Positions 1-8,717 of a stretch of DNA of 64,000 bases are shown here, piece after piece; the stretch's first letter is position 1, and the number at the start of each line of letters is the position of its first letter. Where the stretch lies: NCBI GenBank assembly GCA_963760615.1, contig CAVXDX010000013.1, positions 19,826 to 83,825 of the forward strand, read 5' to 3'. Origin of the DNA: an uncultured Candidatus Micrarchaeota archaeon (lineage in GTDB: Archaea; Micrarchaeota; Micrarchaeia; Burarchaeales; Fermentimicrarchaeaceae). The notes below the pieces were generated by a model that worked only from the letters and a program-made list of their open reading frames with translations, ran no database searches and was not told where the DNA came from. The translations under genes were made by a program, and so were the position numbers.

Positions 1-311
1 TCCCTGCTTGCCTCAGCGCACTTCATTGCTATCTCCGGGAAACCACCTGCACCCAACCCCCGGGTTATGCTCTTCCCGATAAGAAGCCTCTTGTCGGCTT
101 CAGTTATCTGGAGGTGCTTGTGGTCCGTGTTTATAGCTATTGTGTCTGCGCTCTTTATCCCCATCCTTGCTAGCCTGCTTATTGTGTTGCACCCTGCTCC
201 TCCTACTCCCACTACACAGATTCTAATCTTACTATCTTCTAGTTTGTCGTATTTTTGTTCCTCGGGCAGTTTGCCCGTATTCCTCAACGCCGATTCAATC
301 AAACTCTCCAT
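1..311 (-). CDS. ftsZ: FtsZ paralog, 5' part (truncated by window start; absent from ORF track)
   Basis: Manual minus-strand translation from ATG at 311: MESLIESALRNTGKLPEEQKYDKLEDSKIRICVVGVGGAGCNTISRL...AINTD...LIGKSITRGLGAGGFPEIAMKCAE; contains FtsZ GVGGAG, NTD and GLGAGG motifs; AGGTG SD upstream. Confidence 0.93.
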   Translation of the reverse strand, partial: MESLIESALRNTGKLPEEQKYDKLEDSKIRICVVGVGGAGCNTISRLARMGIKSADTIAINTDHKHLQITEADKRLLIGKSITRGLGAGGFPEIAMKCAEASR

Positions 312-349
312 AATAACACCTTTTCCCATAGATACTATACTAAAAAACA

Positions 350-442
350 TCACCCGCTGCCCTCGTCATCCTCCTCAAGCTCGCGGTTCATGCTTTCAAG
401 CATGCTTCTCAAAGCTATTCCTTTTCTTTCTTTTATGTCCAT
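350..442 (-). CDS. putative 30-aa micro-ORF between the two ftsZ genes (MDIKERKGIALRSMLESMNRELEEDDEGSG)
   Basis: ATG at 442 preceded by GGGTGA SD at typical spacing; open to TGA at 350; co-oriented with both ftsZ genes. Confidence 0.5.
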   Translation of the reverse strand: MDIKERKGIALRSMLESMNRELEEDDEGSG

Positions 443-470
443 CTGGTCACCCTTAATAAAAAACAAAAAA

Positions 471-1544
471 CTAACCGATTACCTCTATGTCTGAGTAGGG
501 CGCTGGCTCTTTTTCTTCTTCAAATGGCTTGCCCATTATGCTGGCTCCCTTCACCCCTGTCACTATTGCAACTATCTCCAGCTTTCCATCGTAGCCTGGC
601 ATCAGCCTTGCTCCCCACTTCACATTTGCATGCGGGTCCATTCTCTCCGTGACTATTTCTCCTGCCTTTATTGCGTCACCAAGAGTCAGGTCCGATCCAC
701 CGGAAATGTGTATCAAAGCACCGTTTGCACCCTCAAAGTCTACATCCAGCAGCCTGTTCTTCAGCACTCCCTCAGCTGCCGAGGTAACCTTGTCTGTGCC
801 TTTGCCCTCTCCCACTGCTATGAACCCCACTCCGCCTCCACCCATTATTGACCTCACATCGGCAAAGTCTATGTTTATCAGGCTTGGCTGGGTTATTGTC
901 CAGACCAGACCGCCAATTGCCTTTGCAAGTATCTCATCCGCAACGGAGAATGCTTCGTTCATGGGCAGGTTCGGGACTATCTTAACAAGTCTGTTGTTGT
1001 CCAGAATTATCACAGAATCTGTGACTCTTCTGAGCTTGGCAATTCCTTCATCTGCCTTCACCCTTCTTGCCCTCTCAAGGTTAAATGGATAGGTGACCAT
1101 GGCAACTGTTATTGCGCCCTGCTCCTTTGCTATCTCGGCAATCACTGGAGCTGCGCCTGTGCCTGTCCCTCCACCCATTCCTGCACATATGAAAACCAGA
1201 TGAGCACCAGAAAGCTCCTTCTCAAGCAGGGGCCTGTCAATCTCTGCGGCCTTTGTTCCTATCTCTGGGTATCCTCCAGCACCCAACCCTTTGGTAAGGG
1301 TTTTGCCGATGAGAATCTTCTTAGCCTTCTCATCTATCATATTGAGGTGCTGCTTGTCTGTGTTAACCGCTAACAGGTTACAGCCCTTTATGCCGGCTCT
1401 TATCAACCTGTTTATTGTGTTGTTGCCTGCTCCCCCTACTCCCACTGTTACAATTTTTATCTGTTCGCTTCCAAAATCTTCTAGGTTCGATGAGTCACGC
1501 TCACCTATAACGGAGTTTATTAAACCTTCCATACTGATCGCCAT
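471..1544 (-). CDS. ftsZ: cell division GTPase FtsZ
   Basis: [17 protein letters not shown], tubulin signature GMGGGTGTG and T7 loop NIDFAD. Confidence 0.97.
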   Translation of the reverse strand: MAISMEGLINSVIGERDSSNLEDFGSEQIKIVTVGVGGAGNNTINRLIRAGIKGCNLLAVNTDKQHLNMIDEKAKKILIGKTLTKGLGAGGYPEIGTKAAEIDRPLLEKELSGAHLVFICAGMGGGTGTGAAPVIAEIAKEQGAITVAMVTYPFNLERARRVKADEGIAKLRRVTDSVIILDNNRLVKIVPNLPMNEAFSVADEILAKAIGGLVWTITQPSLINIDFADVRSIMGGGGVGFIAVGEGKGTDKVTSAAEGVLKNRLLDVDFEGANGALIHISGGSDLTLGDAIKAGEIVTERMDPHANVKWGARLMPGYDGKLEIVAIVTGVKGASIMGKPFEEEKEPAPYSDIEVIG

Positions 1545-1603
1545 TTTTACTTTTCATTCACACTTATTTAAATACCTTTCGGTTTTGAAATTTTTTGCTT
1601 TTT

Positions 1604-1628
1604 TTGCTGAAATTTTACGACGTGAATT
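1604..1628. promoter_or_regulatory. putative palindromic operator TTGCTGA-aa-TTTTACGACGTGAATT
   Basis: Imperfect inverted repeat in the ftsZ/hypothetical divergent intergenic region; near-identical element at 27562-27583 and core at 19083-19091. Confidence 0.4.
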
Positions 1629-1738
1629 CTGCATATTGAATTTTTTACAATGTTCGCCTCTTGCATAAGTGCGTTACGTCAGGTTAAAAACCAGAAAATT
1701 CAATCAAGCTTTTATATATAAAAATTCAAAAGAAAAGC

Positions 1739-2737
1739 ATGCATGATCTAGCCCTGAAGGAGCAGACTCCGTTAGCAGTGGTAGAAGAAAGACCTCCCTT
1801 TCACGAGATAAGCATAATCAAAGTGGAGAACGTCACGAAGGGGCGGCACATAGGAGTGATGGTCACCCACCACCCCGAATCCATGCAGGTCTTTGCGGAT
1901 GTGGTGAGTAGCAGCAAAGTGAAGACAATCATCCTTGAGGATTCTCCTGGACTCATGGATGTCATAGAAGGAAAGAAAACAATAAAATCCAACATAAACG
2001 AAATTTTCAAAGTTGACCTGGATAAGAATCCCGAGGCTCTCAGCATCCCCCGTATTGCTTCATATAAGCGTAGATGCGAGATTCTGATTGAGCTGAAGGA
2101 GCAGGATCCCGAGCTGAAGGTAATAATCCTAGACCCATACTACGATAAACAGGTACTTGGACCAAAGGGAGAAACCTATGGTGACAGGATGAGGCTTCAG
2201 GAGAGTATAAATGAAAACATGAGGCTGGTGGAGAGGGCTATTGAAATAAAGGATTTTGAGGGTGCAGTTGAAAATATGAAAGTAGTCGCAAAGGGTACAG
2301 GGAAGCAGATAGTAATGAGCGATGAGATGACAGGTGTTGCGGTAGCCAAGGGAAATTACTCAGGAGATGTTGCTATTGAACGTGGAGAAGGGCACTTCGC
2401 ATTGCAGACGAATTTGGAAGCAAATGTGAAAGATAGCAATGTCTCTGTGATATTCGCAAACAAAGAAATTATTGAGAAAGTCTTCAAAGAGGATGAGAAT
2501 TTTTATCCCCAGCTTCTGCAGCTTGCCCACAAATATATCGAAAAGGGAGAGGCTCTGGAAAAAGACGTTGCTGATTTGCTTGCGGCAAGGGCTTGCGCTG
2601 CAGCTGTGATGTTCACTCAAGAGTTCAACAGACTTTTGAAAGAGGGCAAGAGGATGACTGCCGAGAGGGATTACGAGATAATAAAGGCGGCAAATGACCT
2701 CTCCTTGGACGACTGCAAGAAGATAGTTATGAGCTAA
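1739..2737 (+). CDS. hypothetical protein (332 aa)
   Basis: Long ORF, TATA-like TTTATATATA upstream, stop overlaps ligase stop; no motif recognised with confidence. Confidence 0.8.
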   Translation: MHDLALKEQTPLAVVEERPPFHEISIIKVENVTKGRHIGVMVTHHPESMQVFADVVSSSKVKTIILEDSPGLMDVIEGKKTIKSNINEIFKVDLDKNPEALSIPRIASYKRRCEILIELKEQDPELKVIILDPYYDKQVLGPKGETYGDRMRLQESINENMRLVERAIEIKDFEGAVENMKVVAKGTGKQIVMSDEMTGVAVAKGNYSGDVAIERGEGHFALQTNLEANVKDSNVSVIFANKEIIEKVFKEDENFYPQLLQLAHKYIEKGEALEKDVADLLAARACAAAVMFTQEFNRLLKEGKRMTAERDYEIIKAANDLSLDDCKKIVMS

Positions 2738-4485
2738 GACTCCTCAAGCTGGATTCTCTTCTGCATCTTGTACATCTCAATTATCTCCTTAACAGTTGTG
2801 GCCTCCTCCGGGGATTTATCCTCGCGCAGCTCCATCATCCTGGGGAATCTCAAAGCGTACCCGCTGTCCTCCTTTGTTTTCCCAGCAGTATGCGTCGGGG
2901 AGCGCGTTATCTCATCTGCAGCAACCGCCACGACATATTTCAAGTCAACCCAGAAGTCCGGCTTTATATCTGAGTCAACTCTTGCAATCTTGTGCTCTAC
3001 CTTTATTTTTCCGAGCATCTCCTCAAACTGCTTCATCTGCTCCTCGGAGAAGCCTGTGCCTATCTTTGTTATGGACTTGAACATGTCCTCTTTCTCATCG
3101 TAAACAGCGCAGAGCAGCCCTCCGAACTTGAATTTAGCGCGCATGCCTTTCCCTAGGAAATACCCTATGATGACCAGATCAACAGTGTCAGCAAGCTCCC
3201 CCTTGTAGGACCTCTTCAGCTTTATCCAGGCAAATTTTCTAGCGCCTGCTTCGTATTGGGCATTCAAATCTTTTGCAACTATCCCCTCCATCCCCTTCTC
3301 TATTGACTCCTCAAAGAACTCCTCGAGCCTCTTGGGGTCGTCCGTGATTGTCATCTCAGAGAGTCTTATCACGCTGCCTGCTGCAATCAGCTTCTCAAGC
3401 CTCTTCCTCCTCTCATGGTAGGGATGTCTGGTGTAATCCTCTCCGTCAGCATAGAGAACGTCAAAGGCAAAAAGATTCAGTGGGTATTCCTCTGCTTTTT
3501 CTTTCACGCCATATTTCCTTTTTCTCTGCATTGTGAGCTGGAAAGGATAGTACTCCCCGGCCACTTCATTGTAAGCAAGCGCCTCACCCTCGAGAATTGC
3601 ATCCTTTGCCTTCACCTGCTTTCTCACCCCTGCAACTATTTCAGGGAACATCTGCGTCATCCTCTCCAGCCTTCTTGAGAATATCTCAACTTTGTCATTC
3701 TGCTTGTGCAACTGCATCCTTAGCCCGTCGTATTTTCTTTCCACAGCGCACTTTCCGAGCTTCTCAATTATCTCTTCCGCACTGGGCAGTCTCTCGGCAA
3801 GCGCTGGTCTTATCGGATTGAAGACTTTAACCTTGAATCTTCTTATCCCCTCAATTCCATCTGAAAAAAGAGTTCTGGCCACGAGCCCCAGGTCCGAGCA
3901 TAGGTTGTATGCTCTCTCAAGCTCCTCCCTCATGCTCTTGTCGCCAGCCTTGTAAGCCGAGAGCGCATCCAGTATTGTTGGGTCTCCTATGCCAAGCCTC
4001 AGCCTTCCAAGCGGGAAGCGTGTGATGTATCTTACTTCCTTTGGACTGGAATTGTTCAGCAATTCAACCAGCCCCTTTATCTTCATTTCCTGGCTTCCTG
4101 CTCCGCTCGTCTTCGCCATTTTCATGAAGTTGTCAAATACCTTCTGTACTGAGAGAGGGTGAGAAAAAAGAGACATCTGCTGCTTTGAGGAGAGCAGCTC
4201 CTCGGCAGTCTTCCCCAAGTCTCCTGTCTTCCTGTAGCTATCCTCCACCTTCTTTTTCGGGTAGCCTGTTGCAAGTGAAATTGCCGCCTCAACAAATTTC
4301 TCGCCGAGCCCAACTTCAATTCCCTCAAAAGGCGGAGCGACAACTCCCTGGCTGAGGTAGATTATCTTGTCAATCTCATCCGGCTTGGCCTTCTTGAAAA
4401 GCTCTGAGAGTATGGCCATCATCTCCAGCCTTCCTTTGGTTGCCTCGAGCTTCTCATATGCCTCTGCAAGCACGCTGAACTCCAT
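2734..4485 (-). CDS. lig: ATP-dependent DNA ligase (archaeal type)
   Basis: Motif I ERKYDG, EGIVAK, WIKLK, LRFPR; likely start MEFSVLAEAYEKLE at 4485 rather than 4536. Confidence 0.97.
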   Translation of the reverse strand: MEFSVLAEAYEKLEATKGRLEMMAILSELFKKAKPDEIDKIIYLSQGVVAPPFEGIEVGLGEKFVEAAISLATGYPKKKVEDSYRKTGDLGKTAEELLSSKQQMSLFSHPLSVQKVFDNFMKMAKTSGAGSQEMKIKGLVELLNNSSPKEVRYITRFPLGRLRLGIGDPTILDALSAYKAGDKSMREELERAYNLCSDLGLVARTLFSDGIEGIRRFKVKVFNPIRPALAERLPSAEEIIEKLGKCAVERKYDGLRMQLHKQNDKVEIFSRRLERMTQMFPEIVAGVRKQVKAKDAILEGEALAYNEVAGEYYPFQLTMQRKRKYGVKEKAEEYPLNLFAFDVLYADGEDYTRHPYHERRKRLEKLIAAGSVIRLSEMTITDDPKRLEEFFEESIEKGMEGIVAKDLNAQYEAGARKFAWIKLKRSYKGELADTVDLVIIGYFLGKGMRAKFKFGGLLCAVYDEKEDMFKSITKIGTGFSEEQMKQFEEMLGKIKVEHKIARVDSDIKPDFWVDLKYVVAVAADEITRSPTHTAGKTKEDSGYALRFPRMMELREDKSPEEATTVKEIIEMYKMQKRIQLEES

Positions 4486-4512
4486 GAAAGAATATTGTTT
4501 GGGGAGGTTTAA

Positions 4513-5800
4513 AAGAGTGAGCGGAGAATGTTGCATCCTCTAAAGTTGAGGTGAAAGCGAGTCATATCCAATTTCATCGGAAAGCTACCCCTCCCAGAGG
4601 TTTATAAAGGGAGAAATAGACGTAAATAACGTCTATGAAAGCCTACAAATTCAGGATATATCCCTCGAAGAAGCAGGAGGAGCTTTTGAATAAGCATTTG
4701 TGGTTAGCAAAGAACCTCTGGAATGAACTACTTGAGGACTGTAAACAAATGTATAGCGATTTTGGCTGCTTCCCAACAAAGAATACCCTTCAGTTGATGG
4801 TAAAAGATTATGGTTTATATTCCCAGACACAGCAAGAAGTTGCTCACAGGGTTTACAATTCACTGATGAGGGTTTTCAAGCTGAGGAAGAAAGGAGTGGA
4901 ATGTGGCTTTCCAAGATTTAAGTCTATGGAAAGAATGAAAAGTATACACTATCCAGAGTATGGGTTTGATTTTTCTTTAAATAAGGAACTCAAAGTAACT
5001 CCTTTTGGTGAGATTGCAATAAAAAAACATAGGGAGATAAAAGGAAAGATAAAAACTCTCACTCTGAAAAGAGAATCTTCTGGAAAGTGGTTCGCAATTT
5101 TCACTGCTGAGGAAGAGAAATCTATATCGAAAGAAAACAAAAAAGAGTCAGTAGGCATAGATTTAGGATTGATGAGATTTGCAACACTCTCAAACGGAAT
5201 GAAGATAGACAACCCAAGGCATTTCAAAAGATATGAGGAGAGGCTTACTTTTATACAAAGAAAGTTCAGCTTCCATAAAAAGAAAAAAACCAAGAACTAC
5301 AAAAAGGCAAAGGTGAGAGTAGCAAAGTTGCATGAAAAGATTTCAGATTGCAGGAAAGACTTCTTGCACAAAATTTCAACTGAACTGGTGAATGATTATT
5401 CCATCATTGCATTGGAGAAACTTAATTCACGACAAATGGCAGAAAAGAGATACGGGAAGCAAATCAACGATGCGGGATGGAGTATGTTTGCAAACATGCT
5501 TGCATACAAGGCGGAAGGTGCTGGATGCAGAGTGGTGTTTGTGAACCCTGAAGATACTTCAAAGATGTGCAGCAACTGCGGAAGCATCAGAGATCACCTG
5601 AGTCTCCGGGACAGGGAATACGCCTGCCCCAATTGTGGTTTGTTAATAGACAGAGACTTGAATGCTGCACGCAATATACTCATCAGAGCTACCCCTGGGC
5701 AAGGGGGAAGTAACGCCTGCAATTCCGTAAAGGAGAGAGATGTTGCATTGGCAACGTCTATGAAGCAGGAAGCCAAGCCTTTAAAGGCAAAGCATGTCAC
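4513..5800 (+). mobile_element. IS200/IS605-family element carrying tnpB only (IS1341-like)
   Basis: Left-end-like GAGTGAGCGGAGAATG with hairpin CCTC/GAGG (4537-4551) just 3' of TTTAA; right end GAAGCCAAGCCTTTAAAGGCAAAGCATGTCAC with hairpin 5777-5788 and terminal TCAC at 5797-5800; no tnpA; left boundary uncertain by a few nt. Confidence 0.8.
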
Positions 5801-5816
5801 ATATTTATCAAACTAA
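4635..5816 (+). CDS. tnpB: RNA-guided endonuclease TnpB
   Basis: N-terminal KAYKFRIYP HTH, RuvC-I GIDLG, RuvC-II ALEKL, zinc finger CSNCG...CPNC, RuvC-III DRDLNAARNI; all three catalytic acidic residues present. Confidence 0.96.
   Translation: MKAYKFRIYPSKKQEELLNKHLWLAKNLWNELLEDCKQMYSDFGCFPTKNTLQLMVKDYGLYSQTQQEVAHRVYNSLMRVFKLRKKGVECGFPRFKSMERMKSIHYPEYGFDFSLNKELKVTPFGEIAIKKHREIKGKIKTLTLKRESSGKWFAIFTAEEEKSISKENKKESVGIDLGLMRFATLSNGMKIDNPRHFKRYEERLTFIQRKFSFHKKKKTKNYKKAKVRVAKLHEKISDCRKDFLHKISTELVNDYSIIALEKLNSRQMAEKRYGKQINDAGWSMFANMLAYKAEGAGCRVVFVNPEDTSKMCSNCGSIRDHLSLRDREYACPNCGLLIDRDLNAARNILIRATPGQGGSNACNSVKERDVALATSMKQEAKPLKAKHVTYLSN
5690..5816 (+). ncRNA. predicted TnpB omega/reRNA scaffold plus about 16-nt guide (ATATTTATCAAACTAA)
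   Basis: Hairpins CCCCT/AGGGG (5692-5706), GATGTTGC/GCAACGTC (5739-5758) and GCCT/AGGC (5777-5788) end at TCAC; TnpB reRNAs are known to overlap the tnpB 3' end and right end; 5' boundary approximate. Confidence 0.6.
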
Positions 5817-5834
5817 ATAGTCTCAAGTGGTTGC

Positions 5835-6305
5835 GTGAAGAATAAAACCGTGCTTGTCTCCGCGATTATCCTGTGCGAGCTGGCGGGAGTCATAGGCTCA
5901 TTTTTCACAATTCCCTCAATTGACAGCTGGTACTACAAGCTCATAAAGCCCAGCTTCAGCCCCCCAAATTGGCTTTTCGGCCTGGTGTGGGTTATCCTAT
6001 ATTTTCTGATGGGCATATCCGCCTATATTGTGTGGGAGAAAGGAGTGAAAAAGAAGAATGTGAAAAATTCTCTGCTGATTTTCGGAGTGCAGCTGGCTCT
6101 CAACATTCTCTGGTCCATCCTCTTCTTCGGCCTGCATTCCCCGCTCTATGGGTTCATATGCATAATTCTGCTCTGGGTTGCAATTGCGGTCACAATCACA
6201 AAGTTCTACAGAGTTTCAAAAACTGCCGGACTTCTGCAGGTTCCCTACCTGCTGTGGGTGACCTTTGCTGCACTGCTGAACTTCTTCGTATGGAGGCTGA
6301 ACTGA
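5835..6305 (+). CDS. tspO: TspO/MBR family tryptophan-rich sensory protein
   Basis: WYYKLIKPSFSPPNWLFGLVW, QLALNILWSILFFG, PYLLWVTFAALLN. Confidence 0.95.
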   Translation: MKNKTVLVSAIILCELAGVIGSFFTIPSIDSWYYKLIKPSFSPPNWLFGLVWVILYFLMGISAYIVWEKGVKKKNVKNSLLIFGVQLALNILWSILFFGLHSPLYGFICIILLWVAIAVTITKFYRVSKTAGLLQVPYLLWVTFAALLNFFVWRLN

Positions 6306-6354
6306 GAGGTAATAAGCCGCATATGATTTAATACATCATCTTCGTAAAAATAGC

Positions 6355-7209
6355 ATGCCGAAAACAACCTACAAGCGCATACAGGAAGAACTGATGAAGC
6401 TGCATTCGTCCAGCATGAAGGATTCTCTGGAAGACCTCTCCCCTGCTGAGAGGAAAGATGCTAGAGAGACTATCAAGAATTCAATTGCAGAGTTGGCAAG
6501 GAAGAATGCAAAGATAGAAGTTTTAAAATTAGCCGAATACCCGGAGTTCGTCGGGAGGGAAGGTACGGGCAGGGAAAAACGGATTCATGAGAAAGTAATG
6601 AAGTTCCTCCCTAAGCTTGAAGAAACATCAGAATTGCTGCTGGGGGATGAGCATATAGCAATATACCTTGTTGGAACTCATGCGAAAGGGACTGCTGGCG
6701 TAGAGAGCGATGTTGATATAACCCTGCTGACAAGGCATATCAATCTAATAGATAGGGAGTTCCGCAAATTAGAAAAAATTGCTGAGAAAACCAGAAAGTT
6801 TAGAGTTGAATTTGACTGCTGCTCTCTAGAGGATGCAAAGAAATCAATAAGAGAGGTTACACAGGATATACTACTCCAATACTCCGGTCATAAGAGTGCG
6901 GCGTTAGACATTTTTCCTTTTTTCTATGGTAAAACATTTGGGAATGATAATAAAATTCAAGCTGCGAGAAAGGAGATTATTCAGGAGCTGGCAAAACACC
7001 CTTATGGAGAGCAGATCTGGGAAGTTGTCAGAAATAAATTTCACTCGCGTCAGGTGCTGGGACTTGCGAAACAGGGCTGGCCGGTTGACGACTATGCAGA
7101 GAAAAAGCTTAGAGTAAGCAAGGAAGATTATCATGAGATTGTTGACACGAGGAAAGAATTTGCCCTTCCTACTTTTGATGAGATGAAAAAGCGGTACGGA
7201 GTTGCCTAG
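6355..7209 (+). CDS. nucleotidyltransferase (Pol beta superfamily) domain protein
   Basis: IYLVGTHAKG...SDVDITLL resembles the hG[ST]...DhD NTase signature. Confidence 0.65.
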   Translation: MPKTTYKRIQEELMKLHSSSMKDSLEDLSPAERKDARETIKNSIAELARKNAKIEVLKLAEYPEFVGREGTGREKRIHEKVMKFLPKLEETSELLLGDEHIAIYLVGTHAKGTAGVESDVDITLLTRHINLIDREFRKLEKIAEKTRKFRVEFDCCSLEDAKKSIREVTQDILLQYSGHKSAALDIFPFFYGKTFGNDNKIQAARKEIIQELAKHPYGEQIWEVVRNKFHSRQVLGLAKQGWPVDDYAEKKLRVSKEDYHEIVDTRKEFALPTFDEMKKRYGVA

Positions 7210-7655
7210 TCTATCTTTCCCCTCAGCATCCCTGAATCCGTATGCGATCCCCCGCCGAGTATCGTGAAGTTGAACTCAATCTTGTTGTTATAGAACGTAT
7301 CCCCCCTGTTGCCGCTGATTGTTGAGTTGCCTGTTATATTGAACGTCGATCCAGGGCTCATGAGCTTTGGAAGGGATGGATTCAAGTCTGTGAGTGATGC
7401 GCCCTGGATTTTTATATCCATGAGGTTAACTGAGGATTGCGCGTTATTCACCAGGTACAATGTTATCACACCAGTTCCATTGACTGTGAAGTCGGTTACG
7501 CCAAAGGTGCTCAGCCCCACAGCCTCATCTCTCACTGGAACCCATGCCGTGGGGTTGAAGGCCCCCAGGTAGAACAGCAGCATTATTATCACAGATATGG
7601 CAACAATCGCCCAGCCGTATGTTATAAGATATTCCAGAGCTGTTTGACCTCGCAT
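7206..7655 (-). CDS. archaeal type IV pilin-like protein
   Basis: Class III signal peptide MRG/QTALEYLITYGW followed by hydrophobic helix. Confidence 0.88.
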   Translation of the reverse strand: MRGQTALEYLITYGWAIVAISVIIMLLFYLGAFNPTAWVPVRDEAVGLSTFGVTDFTVNGTGVITLYLVNNAQSSVNLMDIKIQGASLTDLNPSLPKLMSPGSTFNITGNSTISGNRGDTFYNNKIEFNFTILGGGSHTDSGMLRGKID

Positions 7656-7702
7656 TCCATCACCATCCTATTTTCGTCTTTTAGTTTATTTAGTTTAAAT
7701 AC

Positions 7703-8716
7703 TTATCTTGCCAGAACGCCGCTGAATGCTGTTTGGAATACCGCGTGCGCCAGGAAGAATATCATCAAAGCGCATATAACGAATATTGGCACCAGCTTCA
7801 GCCCTCCAGTGATTCTGCCGTACCTTATCTGGGCCAATGTAAATGCACCGCATACTGTGGTGAGAATTATGCAGGCAATGGCGAATAGGTTAATCTGGTC
7901 AGTACTTATAGACGGCCCTTCACCTCCCCCTCTCATAAAAGCGCTGAAGCCCCCGCTCATGGGGATGGTCGAAGGCATCGCAACCCTGTTCTTCATTATG
8001 CTGAGACTCATCTCGGAGTAGAAAAGCGATGATGCGAAGAGCACTGGAGCCGCTATGACAGAACTGAAGATTATGAATATAGTGTACATGAGCGTTGCGT
8101 TAAGCACCTCCTTCTTCAGCCTGCTGGTGCTCCTTATGTCATGGGCAACCTCATCGAGCAGAGGAGCCATCTCACCGCCCATCTCGATTCCACCCACCAG
8201 CAGCTTCACCGCCCTCTCAAGGGTTGATGACTTGACCCTGTCGGACATTTCCAGCAGTGCCTGCGATATGGGTTTGCCTCCAAAGCACTTGCTGCTCACG
8301 ATTTTTATCTCATCCTCCAGGGGTCCGAACTCCGGCCTCGCCCCCATCCATATCGCGTTCTCGGTTGTCATTCCAGCTCGAACGTTTGCCGATATCGTCT
8401 GCAGGGCGTCCGGAAGTACCTCCTCTATTTTCACCGCCCTGCTGTCAGCAGTGGCAGTAAGGATGAGGTAGAATATGAACTCAACAGCTGCCCAGACAAA
8501 AACACCGGCTATCCAGGCAAACCTCGACTCAATAAACGTGAGTGCAACTTCGAATGCTGCAAGTGCGAATACCACCGACCAAAAGAAGCCGGCACCGATG
8601 TATGCTCTGGGCTTCATCTTCATCCCGCCCTGTGTCATGACCTTGGTCACCCTCTTGACAAAGACTGAAGGAAATACCAGTGAGAGTGATGTGAAGAATT
8701 TGTCCGTTATTTTCAT
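7703..8716 (-). CDS. type II/IV secretion system F-family (TadC/PilC-like) membrane platform protein
   Basis: LPDALQTISANVRAG, GPLEDEI, GGEMAPLLDEVA; multiple TM helices; downstream of ATPase. Confidence 0.92.
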   Translation of the reverse strand: MKITDKFFTSLSLVFPSVFVKRVTKVMTQGGMKMKPRAYIGAGFFWSVVFALAAFEVALTFIESRFAWIAGVFVWAAVEFIFYLILTATADSRAVKIEEVLPDALQTISANVRAGMTTENAIWMGARPEFGPLEDEIKIVSSKCFGGKPISQALLEMSDRVKSSTLERAVKLLVGGIEMGGEMAPLLDEVAHDIRSTSRLKKEVLNATLMYTIFIIFSSVIAAPVLFASSLFYSEMSLSIMKNRVAMPSTIPMSGGFSAFMRGGGEGPSISTDQINLFAIACIILTTVCGAFTLAQIRYGRITGGLKLVPIFVICALMIFFLAHAVFQTAFSGVLAR

Positions 8717-8717
8717 A

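Noticed and set aside
67-494. Plus-strand ORFs 67-456 and 255-494 from the ORF track
   Set aside because: Antisense shadows of the minus-strand ftsZ paralog and micro-ORF; the same applies to most short overlapping ORFs in the track.
4635-5816. Possible Cas12f/type V effector
   Set aside because: No CRISPR array or cas genes; IS200/IS605-type ends flank the gene, so it is TnpB.
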